Assembly: GCF_000143415.4 (NCBI RefSeq)
Contig: NW_003314280.1
Coordinates: 2,029,549 to 2,093,548, forward strand
Source of the DNA: Selaginella moellendorffii
Taxonomy: Eukaryota > Plantae > Lycopodiophyta
Length of the DNA stretch: 64,000 nt
Direction: 5' to 3'
Each line of letters starts with the position of its first letter. Position 1 is the first letter of the stretch. Below are positions 38,501-51,400 of this stretch, piece after piece. The notes under the pieces are model-generated. The model was not told the DNA's origin and made no database searches. It saw only the letters and a program-made list of their open reading frames with translations. The translations under genes and the position numbers were made by a program.

Positions 38501-38754
38501 TGTTCGTTTGAATTGGTCGCATTTGATCTAATAAGGCCTTTTCCACTAGCAATGAGTATGTCATTATTGTTTCTGACTACTTGACTTGCTGGATGGAAGT
38601 TAATTTTCTTGCTAATGCATTTGCAATTACTATTAAATACTTCATCCTCAATCAAGTGGTATTTCAGCATTCCTGTCTGAAGCAAATTCTTTTAAATAAT
38701 GGTCTTACATTTATGGCTGAGGTATTTCATGTTTTGATGTCTTGGTTGGGGTAT

Positions 38755-40265
38755 TGTGAGACATAAAATCCCTAGGCCCCAAAAAGGAGCCAAAAGGGTG
38801 CCATGTGGTAGTGGCTAAAGTAAAAGCCAAATGAGGTAACACATATAGACTAAAAGCTCTGACTTGAAAAGTTGAGAGTGGGAGTGGAACTCCCAACAAA
38901 GTGCTCAAGGAATGAGCACAAAGCGAGCAATAAGTGAGTCTCTAAAAAAGGGACACAAAAGGACCAACACATGACATATGGAAGAGTTCGAGATGGACCT
39001 GAGATGGAGTCTGAGATGGACCCAAGATGGAGTCCGAGATGGACCTGAGATGGACCCGAGATGGAGTCCAAAATGGACTTGAGATGGAGTCCAAGATGGA
39101 TCTGAGATGAAGTCTGAGATGGACCTGAGATGGACTCCAAAATGGAGTCTGAGATGGATTCGAAATAGAGTTCTAGATGGAGTCCAAGATGGAACCGAGA
39201 CCGAGTCTGAGTTCGAAGCCAAGACCGAGACCGAGACTGAGTCCGAGTTCGAGTCCAAATACTAATACAGGCTGTTGGGTGAAAGCCCAAAGTGACCGTC
39301 CCTTGGGGGCAGGGGGGGTTCCAAAGTATAATAGGGAGAGTGTGGGGATTGGACCCTAGTGGAGCCAGTTTGGCCAGGAAAGGCTAGTTTGTCCCAAAAA
39401 GGCTATACCAAGGTGTTAGGTGATGAGATAACCACTGGGAAGTCTAAGGCTAAAGTGAATACAGACTGATAAACGGGGTAGTTTGGTGAATTGTTCAAAA
39501 GCCGGCTTTAGTTCCCTCGGGAGATTAAATGGTCGATGTTCCTAGTCCAAATGTCGGTGGCACTACCTACTTGGATACCTGGTGTGGCTCAATGAAACCT
39601 CGTTTGAAGCCCATGGCTAGAGCACCCAAAGGCAAAAGGCGGGGAGAGTACCTATAAAGCTCGTGTAGGGCCATAGTATTCCAAAATGTTGTCCCAAAGT
39701 CCTATATTGTGGAAAGAAAGAGGGGTAGTCTTCTGATGTAGTGACCAAGGTTACGATCACATGGTGTGGAAGTCCCAAAGGACAATGGGACTTGGTGGTC
39801 GAGCCTGTGGGCCTTGACCCAGTGGCAGTGTCAGTGAACATAGAAAGGGATTTGGTAGAGATTAAAAAATGGATATTAAGGAAAGCTATTCCCCATGTCT
39901 ATGGGCATCCAAAGGATGCTAAAGAATGGATCTAGGATGACCACTCATGGACAGATGGCCTAGTCTTTGAGAGATGAGACTTTGATGCAAGTGGTGTTGA
40001 ACCACAAGTGTGGCAAAGGTGAATGGGCATAGCCTTAGCGTAATGAGCTGATATGTTAGTGGTACCTTTGGGTGTCAATTGTGGGATTGGACATATAGGG
40101 CACTTGGACCAAGTGCAAAATTTGAGTGGCAAGGATGCCATTCTTGGGGCTAGTTAGCCCTAAGTTCGGAATAGGACTTATGGAGGTTGTGAGTGAGACT
40201 CCTTTAAATGGTTGGAGGTATGGTTAAATGACTAAAATAGAATGGAAAATTTAATCACTTCACAC
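38755..40265. mobile_element. Insertion interrupting the gypsy integrase; contains an 11-12-bp minisatellite at 38989-39255
   Basis: Integrase remnants flank both sides (the YHP-SDGL motif resumes at ~40275). GAGATGGA(G/C)TC(C/T)-type units repeat about 20 times. Boundaries approximate. Confidence 0.55.
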
Positions 40266-42359
40266 TTTCATGAGTGTTTATCATCCATAGTCAGATGGTT
40301 TAATGGAATGGTTCGTTCGAACATTAAAAGGGATGATTATGAAGTACATGAGCTTTTAACATTCGAATTTAGATGGTTATTTGCTGTTTCTTTGATATAT
40401 GTATATCATAAGGTTGCAAAGCTCTATTGGTGCTTCACCATTTTAACTTTTATATGGTCATGATCCAATATTACTAATAGAGTTGAGTTTACCTTTGCGA
40501 TTACCATAAGTTGCTAATGCTAGGTCTTGGGATCAATATTTGATGAACATTCTTTCATTTGTCTGAGTAAAGTCTACCAAACACCTGAGCCGCATATAAG
40601 TGGGACAACAATGGTCTTACAACTCCTATCATCATCCACTTGTGAAGTACAAAATGAATGATTTAGTATTAATCTATTTTCCCAATCTTACAGTACGTGG
40701 GTTGTCTATAGGGCTCCTTGTTCAAGGGAACAAACTATGTCAGATATTGTGGAAAGTTAGACTACAAGTTTATGGGGTTTAGCATGATGTCTAACAAGCC
40801 AATCGTCCAGAAATTATGCATTTGCAATAGCTAAAATGCTTCATACAAAGGGATTAGGAACAATTGGCATCACTTACAAATCCATTAATGTTTCCTCCTT
40901 ATGTTCCTTTAGATTTTGGCCTATTCACAAGAGGATCTTAATTGTTTTCCATCATTCTAGAGAAAGGGATGTTGTAAGGTCCAAGTGTATGGCTATGATG
41001 CTATATATTAATATTAGGTGTAATAGGATTTTGATAGCTGTTAGATTGGTTTCAATTTAGACCACTCACTCCTGTATATAAGCTATTATAAATTATTTTA
41101 AAAAAAATTATCAAAAGCTTATAAGAAAAAAAATTAGGTTTTAATTTTTAAAAATTAACTATTTTTATAAAAACAATTATATAACTTTATAATTTTTCTA
41201 GATTCATATATCATCTCTACTCTTATAAAGGTTTGTGAATGAAGTATTTAAATTGAAAACTATTTTATTTTTGTGAATTTGAATATCTACTTTTTATATT
41301 AATAAATATATTTATTACTTTAAAAATATTTTTACTTAATATTCTTTTATATAGGTTCTATAAGAGTATTTAATTAAAATATAATTTATTAACTCTATAT
41401 ATAGATATTTATGCAAAACCTATTTTTTGATGAGAAAACTTCAAAATCTAAAAATAATTAAAATGTATATATTTAGTACAAGTACATAAACTACTGTAAT
41501 TTAATAAATATTTTAAATTAAATAAGTTAAAGAATATATGCATCCTATGTGTTTAGTTAGAAAATATGATTGTTAAATTTTTTTTACTCAAAACTATAGT
41601 TATTTTATATTTGTAGTAAATTTTTTTATAAAATCACATAATTTCTAAAGTATTTATTAATAATATCTTTTGCAAAAAAAAAATTAGATAATTATATATA
41701 CACTAAAAATACTTTAAATCATAATACTATTATATTAATTAATAAAAATAAATCTCATCTTTGAGACGATTCACCTTACACCTGACTTGACTTTGCCGGT
41801 GATAACTTAAATTCTTCAACCTTGTCTCTTTTTAAAATTAGTATTTAAAATAAAAGTTTTTGTTTTGAATTTTTTCTATATATAAAATTAATTTTATATC
41901 TTTATTTTATAATATAATTATTAAAATTATTTCATAAATATTATCTTAAATTTTAATTTTAAAAAAATACAAATATTTAACCTTAAAACTTAATACAAAT
42001 AAATTAATATGAGTGTGTTGAAAAAATTATTTATTATTTATTTATGAACTTTTAGAATTTCCCTATTGCTAACATTAAACTTGAATTTTTTTATCCTTTA
42101 AATACTCCAAAATAATCTAGATGTTACTTAACTTTCTATATAAGTTTTATAAAGTTTTATTTGAAGTATCAACCAATGTAAATCTAAATTCATCATCTTT
42201 TAAATTGTTAATTGTTATCCAACATTTGTGAAAGAAAATTGGAAAAATTACCTATATATATATTGTATTTTTCTACAATTTAAAAAGTTCCTAAATCATC
42301 ATATCATCATACAGGGAAACTCAAGAATAAAACATTTAAATTAGAACTTTGCATTGTCT

Positions 42360-43100
42360 ACTATTGCTTGGCCATACACTTACTATAATATAATGGGGTT
42401 TTCTCTTTATCTTGATCTTTTATGTAAGTTTTTTTTGTCATTTGTCTTTCAAGAAGTTTGGTGGGTGTAAAACTACTCACTAGAATGCAATTGTCCTTGG
42501 TTAAATAAAAAGACTGTTTTAGTATAAGTTGACTATAGTAAATATGGTGTAAAACACTTATTTGCACAAACTTGAATTAAGATATGCTCATAACCAATGA
42601 TGCATGACTATATAGAGCCATAATTGCTGCCAATAGAGGTAAAAGAAAATCCCTTAACTCAAATGTTATTTTCTTTTTGGCAATTCAATACAATAATACC
42701 TCATACTTACAATGTCCTTTTGCAGTTTTTTTCTTAGCATCTGAAATTAAAGATGCCTTATTAGTAGACTCTAAAGTATCTTGATCTCTCATTCTCCTTT
42801 CATAAAACCAAATCATAACTTTTTATTAGATCACTTCTGATATGCAAAAGATAGGCATTTCTCTTGCTTCTAACAACCAACCACTTAGAACTTCACTAAT
42901 GTTACATATCAAATGACCAAAATGATGATCTTAAAATAAAGTGATTCCCCAATGAACTTCCACTCCAATATGTACAAGGTTAATTTGAGATTTAATCTCT
43001 TCTACTACTTTTGTAAATGCCTACTTCCACACTCTTTTGAATTCCTTTTTAAAATTCTGTGCAAAATGTCTTAAATAAAACATAATCCAGAAACAGTTTT
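42360..43100 (-). mobile_element. MuDR/MULE transposase remnant
   Basis: Minus strand at ~42850-42930 translates to HFGHLICNISEVLSGWLLEAREMPI, resembling the MULE RYGHxTxNxxESxNxWLxxARxLPI motif; heavily decayed. Confidence 0.55.
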
Positions 43101-43664
43101 TAAGGTTCTAGAAAAATAACTTTCAACTATTGTCATTTTCATTGTCAATCACCCCAAAAGTAATCAAATATAAGTTTAAAAAATTTTGAGATAAATAAAA
43201 ATTGAAACTACACTAAGATTTTTAAATGTTATATAGCTTAAAAATTGTAAGCAAGCAATGAAAACACTTAACTTGAATATAAGTTTTGTGCTTTTAAGCA
43301 AATCAGTATATCTGGTCTGTTTTTTTGTTCCTTTTTAATGGTCCAGATTTTATGATAATTTATTTTAATGGATAAGAGTTTTTTACTAAGCATAGTGTTT
43401 AAAATTTTTTAATTACCATACATCTTTGGTTTTATTAGTCTAATGGTTCTAAACTATTTACCAATACTACTTTTGATCATGCTTGGAAAAAGGAACAATA
43501 GATTACTCTAAAGCTTGAAGAGTCTACTCTTCTTTTTCTTGATTTGATCTTGATGCTCTTTTCGGAGTATAAGAAAAATATTAATAAAAAATTTCCGGAT
43601 CCATTTATTTATTGATCTTACTAGCCGCTGCTTTTCAGCATCCACACAGCAAGCGCGAGGAGCA

Positions 43665-45180
43665 ATGGCTGGGAGGTGAGCAGACCACTGACGAACGAGG
43701 CCTATAGAGGGTATGGAGACTTTCTGCTGCTCCGCCTAGACAACCGAGTCCTCGGCCAAGTTTTTCGGGCGCTAGGCGAATGTGATGGCGCCACGGGCTG
43801 CTTCCAGGCGAATCTCCTAGACCAGACGCTCAAGTACGCCGAAATCGTCAGCGGCGAATTCCCCCCACCCGCTGAAAAACCACTCGGGTTTGACGACATA
43901 GGCGACTACCCCATCCCATATACACACATGATCAAGCTCGTGGACAACGCCACGGAGAATGCAATCCGCTGCTGCCGTGGAGAGCCACCCATCCATCACC
44001 GCACACAGGAAGAAACTCCCCTCGTGCACGACTTTTGCCGGAATGTTGCCTGCCGAGCCGAGAAGGAAGTCTTTGCCGGGGAGCCAAACGTGCACGAGTT
44101 GAAGGAGCAGGCGCGTGCGTTTGCCGCTGAGTGCTATCCCAACCTCTTTGGTCTGCACTCCACAAACCTCACCGCTCTTGTCCATGAGCGCTCTCGATCA
44201 TTTGCTACACCTGTTGTTCCACGCACTTTCTTCTCCAGCGATCACTTGAAATTGATGAGGTGTGCCAGGAGCCTCGAGTTGGCGCAGGAGGTGGCTGATG
44301 CCGGGGGACTGCCGGAATTCCCTCATCATGGAGGTCTCGTCTACAACTTTGAGAAGAAACACTGCTGCCACAAGTACAATAAAGCTATGGCTTCGATCCT
44401 GCCTGGAGTGTTTTAACTTCGGTTCTTTCTGTGGCTTGCTGAATATGACGAGCGCAAGCTATTGTGGTTGTCCTTCTAGAACCAGCAGTTCTACACTGTC
44501 GATGTGCAAGTGCCCGGTAAATAATTTGCAGACGTTATCTTAAATTTTTTTCTTGCGTACAGGTCTCACGTCGCTGGATCAAGTGACTGTTGTAAAAGAT
44601 GGACAGGGCATGCGTGTTTCCATGGAGAAGGACGTGTTCCGCCCCGAGAGGCTTGCGGTTCCTCCTTATGCCGACGTCCACAGTGCAATACATAATCTCC
44701 AGGATGAGATTCGCACCATTCGCCTTCCCAAGGGGCCTCTGCGTTCAAAGGGACAGCTTCAACAATGCCAATTGACAACCTAGATGATCAATCTTATGTT
44801 TTTCTTTTTCCTTCTTTTAATTTCCTGTTGTTCTCTTCTTCTCTGCTGTAGCCAAGAGGCGATCCATCAGGGCAAATACAGCAGATGACGAGCATCACCA
44901 CATTCTTTGTGTCGAAGTTCCAGGTATGTCTCTGAAAACTCTCGCGTTTTCTTGGCTTGTTGACCATGCAGGCTTGTCGCGAGAGGAAGTGATTGTGGAC
45001 TGTGCAGGGCCGGAACTCATCGTTAAGACCAGCGGCAACGTCTTCAAGCAAAAGAAGCTTAAGCTCCCCTCTGGTGCAGACGTGAAGCAGGCTAAAGCGT
45101 CTTTCCGGAACGGCTTGCTTACCATTCGTGTTCCTAAGAGTGCAGAGCTAGCTTGTTCTGCAGAGCTAACTTTTCAGTAG
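43665..45180 (+). CDS. HSP20/alpha-crystallin-domain locus with two tandem ACD modules and an unknown upstream ORF; may be partly pseudogenised
   Basis: Exons give NQQFYTVDVQVP|GLTSLDQVTV...IRLPKG and HILCVEVP|GLSREEVIVD...LKLPSGADVKQAKASFRNGLLTIRVPK. A 246-aa ORF at 43676-44416 lies upstream. Confidence 0.6.
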
Positions 45181-45860
45181 CACTTTTTGTTTATGATGCC
45201 TGTTCTAATGTCATGTAATTGTAATATTGTTATATAAAGCGCTTAATTTCTATTGCGAATGTTGTGACGCAATCGCCCGCATGGATCTTCCGGAAGCTGT
45301 CGAAAATTCCTGCGGCTCCATACATCTAGATCTCAGGTCTCGGATTTTCGTAAAGGGCATGTAGCCAATAATCCCGATTGTGTGTTCAAGCAAAAAAAGA
45401 GAGAGAAAGTTGCTGGAGTAGAATCGAATAGTAACTTGATTAATCGTTGTCTAATCACGGTGTTAGCTATGGTTAGCTCTTTTCTATTTCTGAAGCAATA
45501 GATTTTCTTTTTCCACTAGAGGTACAAGAAATGTTCAAAATTCAGCATGAGACCTAAGGATTCAAGAAGCATGAGACCAAATGATCCCCTCTACCATAAG
45601 TTCAGCCGATGTCTAGTTTAGTTTTATCTATGCATTACTTAAGAGTGGCTTTCTTTATAAATACCTGCATGATAGATAGAAGAGTGAGACGAACGATCTT
45701 AAATAACTAGACGTTTGCACTACTTTGTCTTCGTAATGTATTACCGAAAAAGTGACTTTCTCATAAAATTGTGGGCTTTTATATGTGAGTTTTGAGTAAT
45801 AAGCCAAGCAAGAAGAATACAGTACTGACAGGTATATTCACTTTTCTATCGTAAATTGCA

Positions 45861-46163
45861 CCGTGACAGATTGTTGGCTCCAAACATGTAGTTCCAAGCG
45901 AGAAATATGCTGCCAAGGATCACGCACAAGGTTTTTGGGCCAGGAAAGAGAAAGCTGCATATACATCAACTACATCACAACTTGGAGAAGCAGGCCAATC
46001 TATCAGAGAGTTTTAAGGCAAAGAAAAAGCATTCTCGGAGCTGTATTACAGTGCATTGGTGCGCTCCAATTCGGATGTCACACTGGATAGTGAAGAGATT
46101 TCTTTCCAGCTCCAAAGGTGGAAGCTACGAAGAGAAAAAGACAGAGAATATAGAAGACCAACC
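45861..46163 (+). repeat. Diverged dispersed duplicate, copy 2
   Basis: Homologous to 32338-32625. Confidence 0.8.
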
Positions 46164-46612
46164 GTAGCAGCTCAGTTCGCCCAAGATCCCTTGAGCTAGA
46201 GAAAGTTTCCGTCTACTCTATTGAATGATAAAAGTAAACAAAGGCACCTTTTCAGATTGTGCCAGTAACAAGTATCATTGGCAATGCCACACCTTAGAGA
46301 TTCCGTGATCTAGCAAGGATCAAAAAGGCAAGCAGAGGAAAAAAAGGAAAAAGAAAGAGAAGATCCTTGTGAAAGCAGCGAAAGTTTCTCGAGCTTACGT
46401 AAGGGACGAAAAAGAAAGAGAAAAGCGGCAAAAGTTTCTCGAGTCGGATCTAGAGAAATTGAAAGTCACAAGAGAAATCACGCAATTGCGCTAAATCCCG
46501 CGCAAAGGATTTGTAGCCCTAACTCCGTTTGGACGGGAATCGAACCGCCAACGTTTTACTTCGCTAATTCAAGAAAGACGCCTTTAGAGCCTTTAGAGGG
46601 CAGCGGTTTGTT

Positions 46613-48196
46613 ATGTTTTCTTGCTTCTTGTTTGCGTACTATAAGGAGGAGGAGCGGCGGCGCGATGAACCGGAGAGCTGGATGGCCGAGAAGATCCTCC
46701 ACCACCACCACCACCACCACCGCCACCTCCATTCCCTCCTCACCACCTCCACCGCCGCCGCATTCCTCACGCTCGTCTTCGTTACCGCCCTTCTACTCTG
46801 CGCTCTCTACTCGGATTCTCCCTCCTCCACCCCGGCTTTCATCCTCCGGAGCCTCTCGGGCGCCGCCGCCGCCGTCTCCTCCACGCTCTCCGGCCAAAGC
46901 TCCCGCCTTTCGCCTCCGCTAGTCCAATCTCCATCGCCATCTCCATCTCCATCTCCCTGCGATCCAGAGAAAGCCCAGCGATTGCGCGGCGATCCAGAGA
47001 GGAGTACGAGAGGGCGATGGATCTACGACGATTCCTATCCACTCTACGAATCCCGGTCGTGCCCATTCATCGACGATGGGTTCCGGTGCTCCGAGAATGG
47101 GCGCCCGGACCTCGGCTACCTCAAGTGGCGGTGGAGCAGCGCCGAGAACCTCCGCGCGCCGGATCCGCGCGCCATCCTCGACCGCCTCCGCGGCCAGCGC
47201 GTCGTCTTCGTCGGCGATTCCATCGGCCGCAACCAGTGGGAGTCGCTGCTGTGCATCCTCGCGCAGGGCGTGGCCAACAAGTCGCGGATCTTCGAGGAGA
47301 ACGGCGAGGCCATCACCAAGCACACGGGATTCCTCTCGTTTCGGTTCCAGGACTACAACTGCACGCTCGAGTACTACCGATCGCCCTTCCTGGTGCCGCA
47401 GGGCCGGCCACCGCCGGGCAGCCCCGCCAAGGTCCGATCGGCGATCCATGTCGATGTCTTGGACTGGACGTCGCCCAGGTGGATTGGCGCGCGCATCCTC
47501 GTCTTCAATGCCGGGCACTGGTGGAATTACGAGAAGACGCTGCGCGGGTGAGCTGCCCAATCCATCCCATCGATCGTTAGTTACTCTTTTCGATCGGATT
47601 CTCCCCTCTTCCTAACTGTTTCGCATGAACCCTAAAAACAGGGGATGCTACTTCGCCCAGCGCAACAGGGTGAACGTGACAATGCCCGTGGGCGACGCGT
47701 ACGCGCGCGCGATCCACACATGGGGCGAGTGGGTGCGCCAGCGGATCGACACCAGCGCCACCGCCGTCTTCTTCCGATCCTACTCCTCGGTCCACTTCCG
47801 GTATCGCGAAATCCCCAAAACAGAGCACTCTGTTCTAAAGCTCCTCTCTCCAAATCTCTTTCTTTCTTTCTTGCCAGGAATGGGACATGGAGGAGTGGCG
47901 GGCACTGCGATCGCGAGACGATGCCCGGCCAGGCGAGCGATGGCGGGCAGCGGAGGGAGGAGGCGTGGACGACGCGCATCGCCCGCGACACGATTGCGAA
48001 GCTCCGCGGCGTGAGATTGCTCGATATCGGGGAGATGACCGATTTGCGGAGGGACGGCCACCCATCGCTGTGGTACCGGGGACCCAACGCTGGGCCGGCG
48101 GCGCGGAGCAAGCAGGACTGTAGCCACTGGTGCTTGCCGGGCGTCCCAGATACTTGGAACTTGCTGCTACTTCACCATCTCTGGCAAGATCTCTGA
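46613..48196 (+). CDS. TBL: Trichome birefringence-like (TBL/PMR5) polysaccharide O-acetyltransferase, 3 exons
   Basis: N-terminal TM helix, [24 protein letters not shown] and [16 protein letters not shown] motifs. Confidence 0.93.
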
Positions 48197-48486
48197 CCAT
48201 TCTTCCTTGTTTTCCTTTTCGATCGCCGCCACCACTGCCTCGATTCGCAAAGTGACCGAGCGGTTCCACCACACTGCCTCGATTCTCCAGTGATCGAGCG
48301 ATTCTTTTTTTCGGACGACTGTATATGACAAGAGTTCTTTCTCTGCACAGCAATAAAGAAACCTTTAGCTTCCATGGGCGTTGACGACAAGCTTACTTAC
48401 CTCTTCGACGACAAGCTTACTTACCTCCTCGATCGTTGGAACTGCCTTTTCGGAGTCGTAGCGTACTTTAGAGCGTGTGCTGGCTT

Positions 48487-51400
48487 TTATGTTGGAATGT
48501 CGACTTTGCGGGTCTGCGCGTTGAAGAGCTGTACGAGCTCGCTCGGCGACGTTGCGTCTTCCGGGGACTTGTCGATCCTCTCGCCCACGAATCTGGGGAA
48601 GCGTAAGGAAATGCCTCGGTCTGGATGGACTAGGCCAGCGGCTGCCTGGTGAACCGGGGAGATTGTATAGTCTGCATTAAACAAAAGAAACGCAATCACA
48701 ACTGATAGCTTTTGTGCTGACTATTCTCACCGGCGCCGCGAATCTCCCACACTTTAGCAGCTGCGAACCACACATCGGGCCGCTCCAAAGTTTGATAGTA
48801 GCTTGGTTTTTTGCTTAGAAGCTTGTCCTCCGAGTAAAACTCCTTCATCTGGAGAGCAATGAAACGGAGGACGGATCATACAGAGGATTTACCTGCTCGT
48901 AAAAGGCGTCGGTGAAGCCGGACATAACGCGGCAAACGCTTTGGAATACCTCCTGATCAGGATCGTAGCACGCAAGGAGAAACGGGCTATGCCTGCAGAG
49001 GACTTGATGAGCAAAGACTGGAAGCTATTTCTTTGTACGTACCATCCAGCTTTGCGTCCATTCCCATACCAAGCTCCAATAGGTACAAGGTCAAGACTAT
49101 CGCTCAATCCCTCGACATAATCTCGCTTCAGCTGTTTACACATACTTCAAATGATTATCAGCACAAAATTCAAAGAATCACCTTGAGCCAAGATTCTGCT
49201 CTTTTTGCTGGAGCGTAAAACGAGCCTTCGTCCAGGGCCTTTACCATTAATCCTTCACATGAAGCAGCAATAGCTTGTCCCAAGAAGTCCTGGATATGCT
49301 CCGTGTTATGCTCCTCGGGTGTGAACTGCAAAAGCCTAGAGTCGGTTCTTACCTTTTAAACTTAGAACCACTTACAGTCTTCTCCGCCGCAAAATCGAGA
49401 TAACCAGGCCTTACTTCTGGAAACAAGTCATGCATGCGTCGTCTCCTGAGCCTGAGAGGTGCTTTTACAAACCTGCCAAAACTTACACGCTATGATCAGG
49501 CAAATTTCGACGGAACAAGGAAAAAAACTCACGGTTCACCATCCACGTACATAACATCGAAGACGAAAACGCAAACGTTGACCTGCGAGAATCTTTTCAC
49601 GGTATGCTAGCAAGAACATGGGCTGTACGCACCGTAATTTTGTCCAAATCCACACCCGTCCCTGTTCGTCCCCCTCTCTCACGAGTACTGAGTGACTGGA
49701 AGGCCATTAACTTATTGTTGTTTGCCCTGTCAACTGCGACCAGCTGACAATACAGTTTTAGAATAAGGCCATACCAGAATCAAGAAACGATCAGACCTCT
49801 GCGTCGATGATAAATGATCGGCTGTCTCTTTTGATCGTTGACGACTTAATAATTTCGACCACATCCGGGAAACGCGACGTTGAATTCTCGCAATTACGAG
49901 AAAAGATTCGAACGGATCCGTCGTCTAAAAGATGAATTTGTGCTCGAAAGCCATCATACCTGTCGAGAAAAAAAAATCTGTTACTAAATTTACATCTCGC
50001 TCCTATACATACTTAAACTCCGACGTAAACGATTTTCCTTCAAAGATTTTCAACACGTCAGGGACCCCGTTTGCAATTCTGTAATTAAACGTTGTTATGG
50101 CCAAAGAAAAAAAGTCGAATGTGTGCAACATACTTTGCTAGCATGGGCTTTATGGGAATTCCAGGGGTTAAAACCATCCTCGTAGCTAGTGCTACCATGC
50201 CTTGTTCTAGTAGAAACGGAACTAGTATGTCCTGAGTCACAGGAATTGAGTGACATGTAAAACAATGTTACTACTTACAAAATTTGGAACAAGATTGAAC
50301 GCCTCTACAATTAGCGCTGACACTTCCTGTGATCAACTCTTGACAAAGGAGCGTGTAAGATAAAAGAGCGTACCTGATGCTTCAAGGCCGCTACTGCAGA
50401 ATTGTCCCGATGTAATACAACCGCTTCTGCCAGAGCTGGAAGAACCGTTCGTACCATAGCACCAATTCTCATGTTCTGTACCTGTTTGGATCATTACTAA
50501 AGAATAATTATTTGGTCGTCATTGTCCTACCAGAGTGCGTACAAGATATGTGACTTCCTTCTCACGGCATGATCGCAGGAGACCCACAACCATGTTTTTC
50601 TTGCGACTACTGCTTCCGATGCCGGTTTCTTTGCTGAAAAGGAGGCTCGGTGATCGGATTTAAGATGACCAGCAATTTCACCTTATCTGCTTTAATGTGC
50701 TGAAAACGTGACGTATCAGTAACGGTTGCGGATTCCTCAGCATGGATTGTGTTTGCTTGCATGCTTGTGCAACGTCACCTGCAAAACAGAAACACATTCC
50801 TCAGTACTTTGTGTAGCTAAACAGAGTGACGCACCCAGATCGCCCATACGGTTGTACATCTCCTTAAGTTTGGACTTCGGTGTTCCTGTTGCTTCTTCAA
50901 TAGCCATAACCACGGTAGCTGTTCCGATGCTCAGGTCCTAAGAACAAGTAGACTAGTCATAAACTGATGAAAACTATCCTTTGAGCACGCCGTATGAGAC
51001 AGAAAGACAACTAACCACATTTTCATAATCGGGGGCGATACGATTTGTTGTCAAATACAGTGCAGCAAGAACATCTGCCGATGACAGCGCTAGCAAACTG
51101 CAGGACAAGTTTTGCAAATTACGAGATAAACAAAGAGAAAAGAATGTCAGCGTACCTCCGGAACATGTTACACAGCATTTCTGTGGTACGATAGCGACCA
51201 CTCTCTTTCTCAACGAGTTCAAACGTGCGTGCCAGATGCAAGTATGGTGCTAGTTCATCGGCTTTCCAGCAAGCTAGCACGAAAAGAAAAGGAGAGACAA
51301 CTAAGCTTAGACATAAGATAATAGAAAACTATACCGTGGTGGACAGGATCATAGCTGCTGAGTGGTAATGCTACGTATGTTGCTCTAGAGCTTTCTTTGG

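Larger units (their letters stand above)
33797..41085 (+). mobile_element. Decayed Ty3/gypsy LTR retrotransposon with nested insertions
   Basis: LTR at 33797-33934 followed by TGG; second LTR from 40973 preceded by purine tract AGAGAAAGGGATG. RT (FCINYRLLN, YPLP, LNLASGYWQVP, VMPFGLNN) at 36700-37150, RNase H at 37510-37950, integrase remnants at 38300-38760 and 40265-40780. Order is RT-RH-INT, with many stop codons. Confidence 0.85.

Noticed and set aside
38850-39359. ORFs of 60-146 aa with repeated ISGPS/HLGL motifs
   Set aside because: They are translations of an 11-12-bp minisatellite inside a TE insertion.
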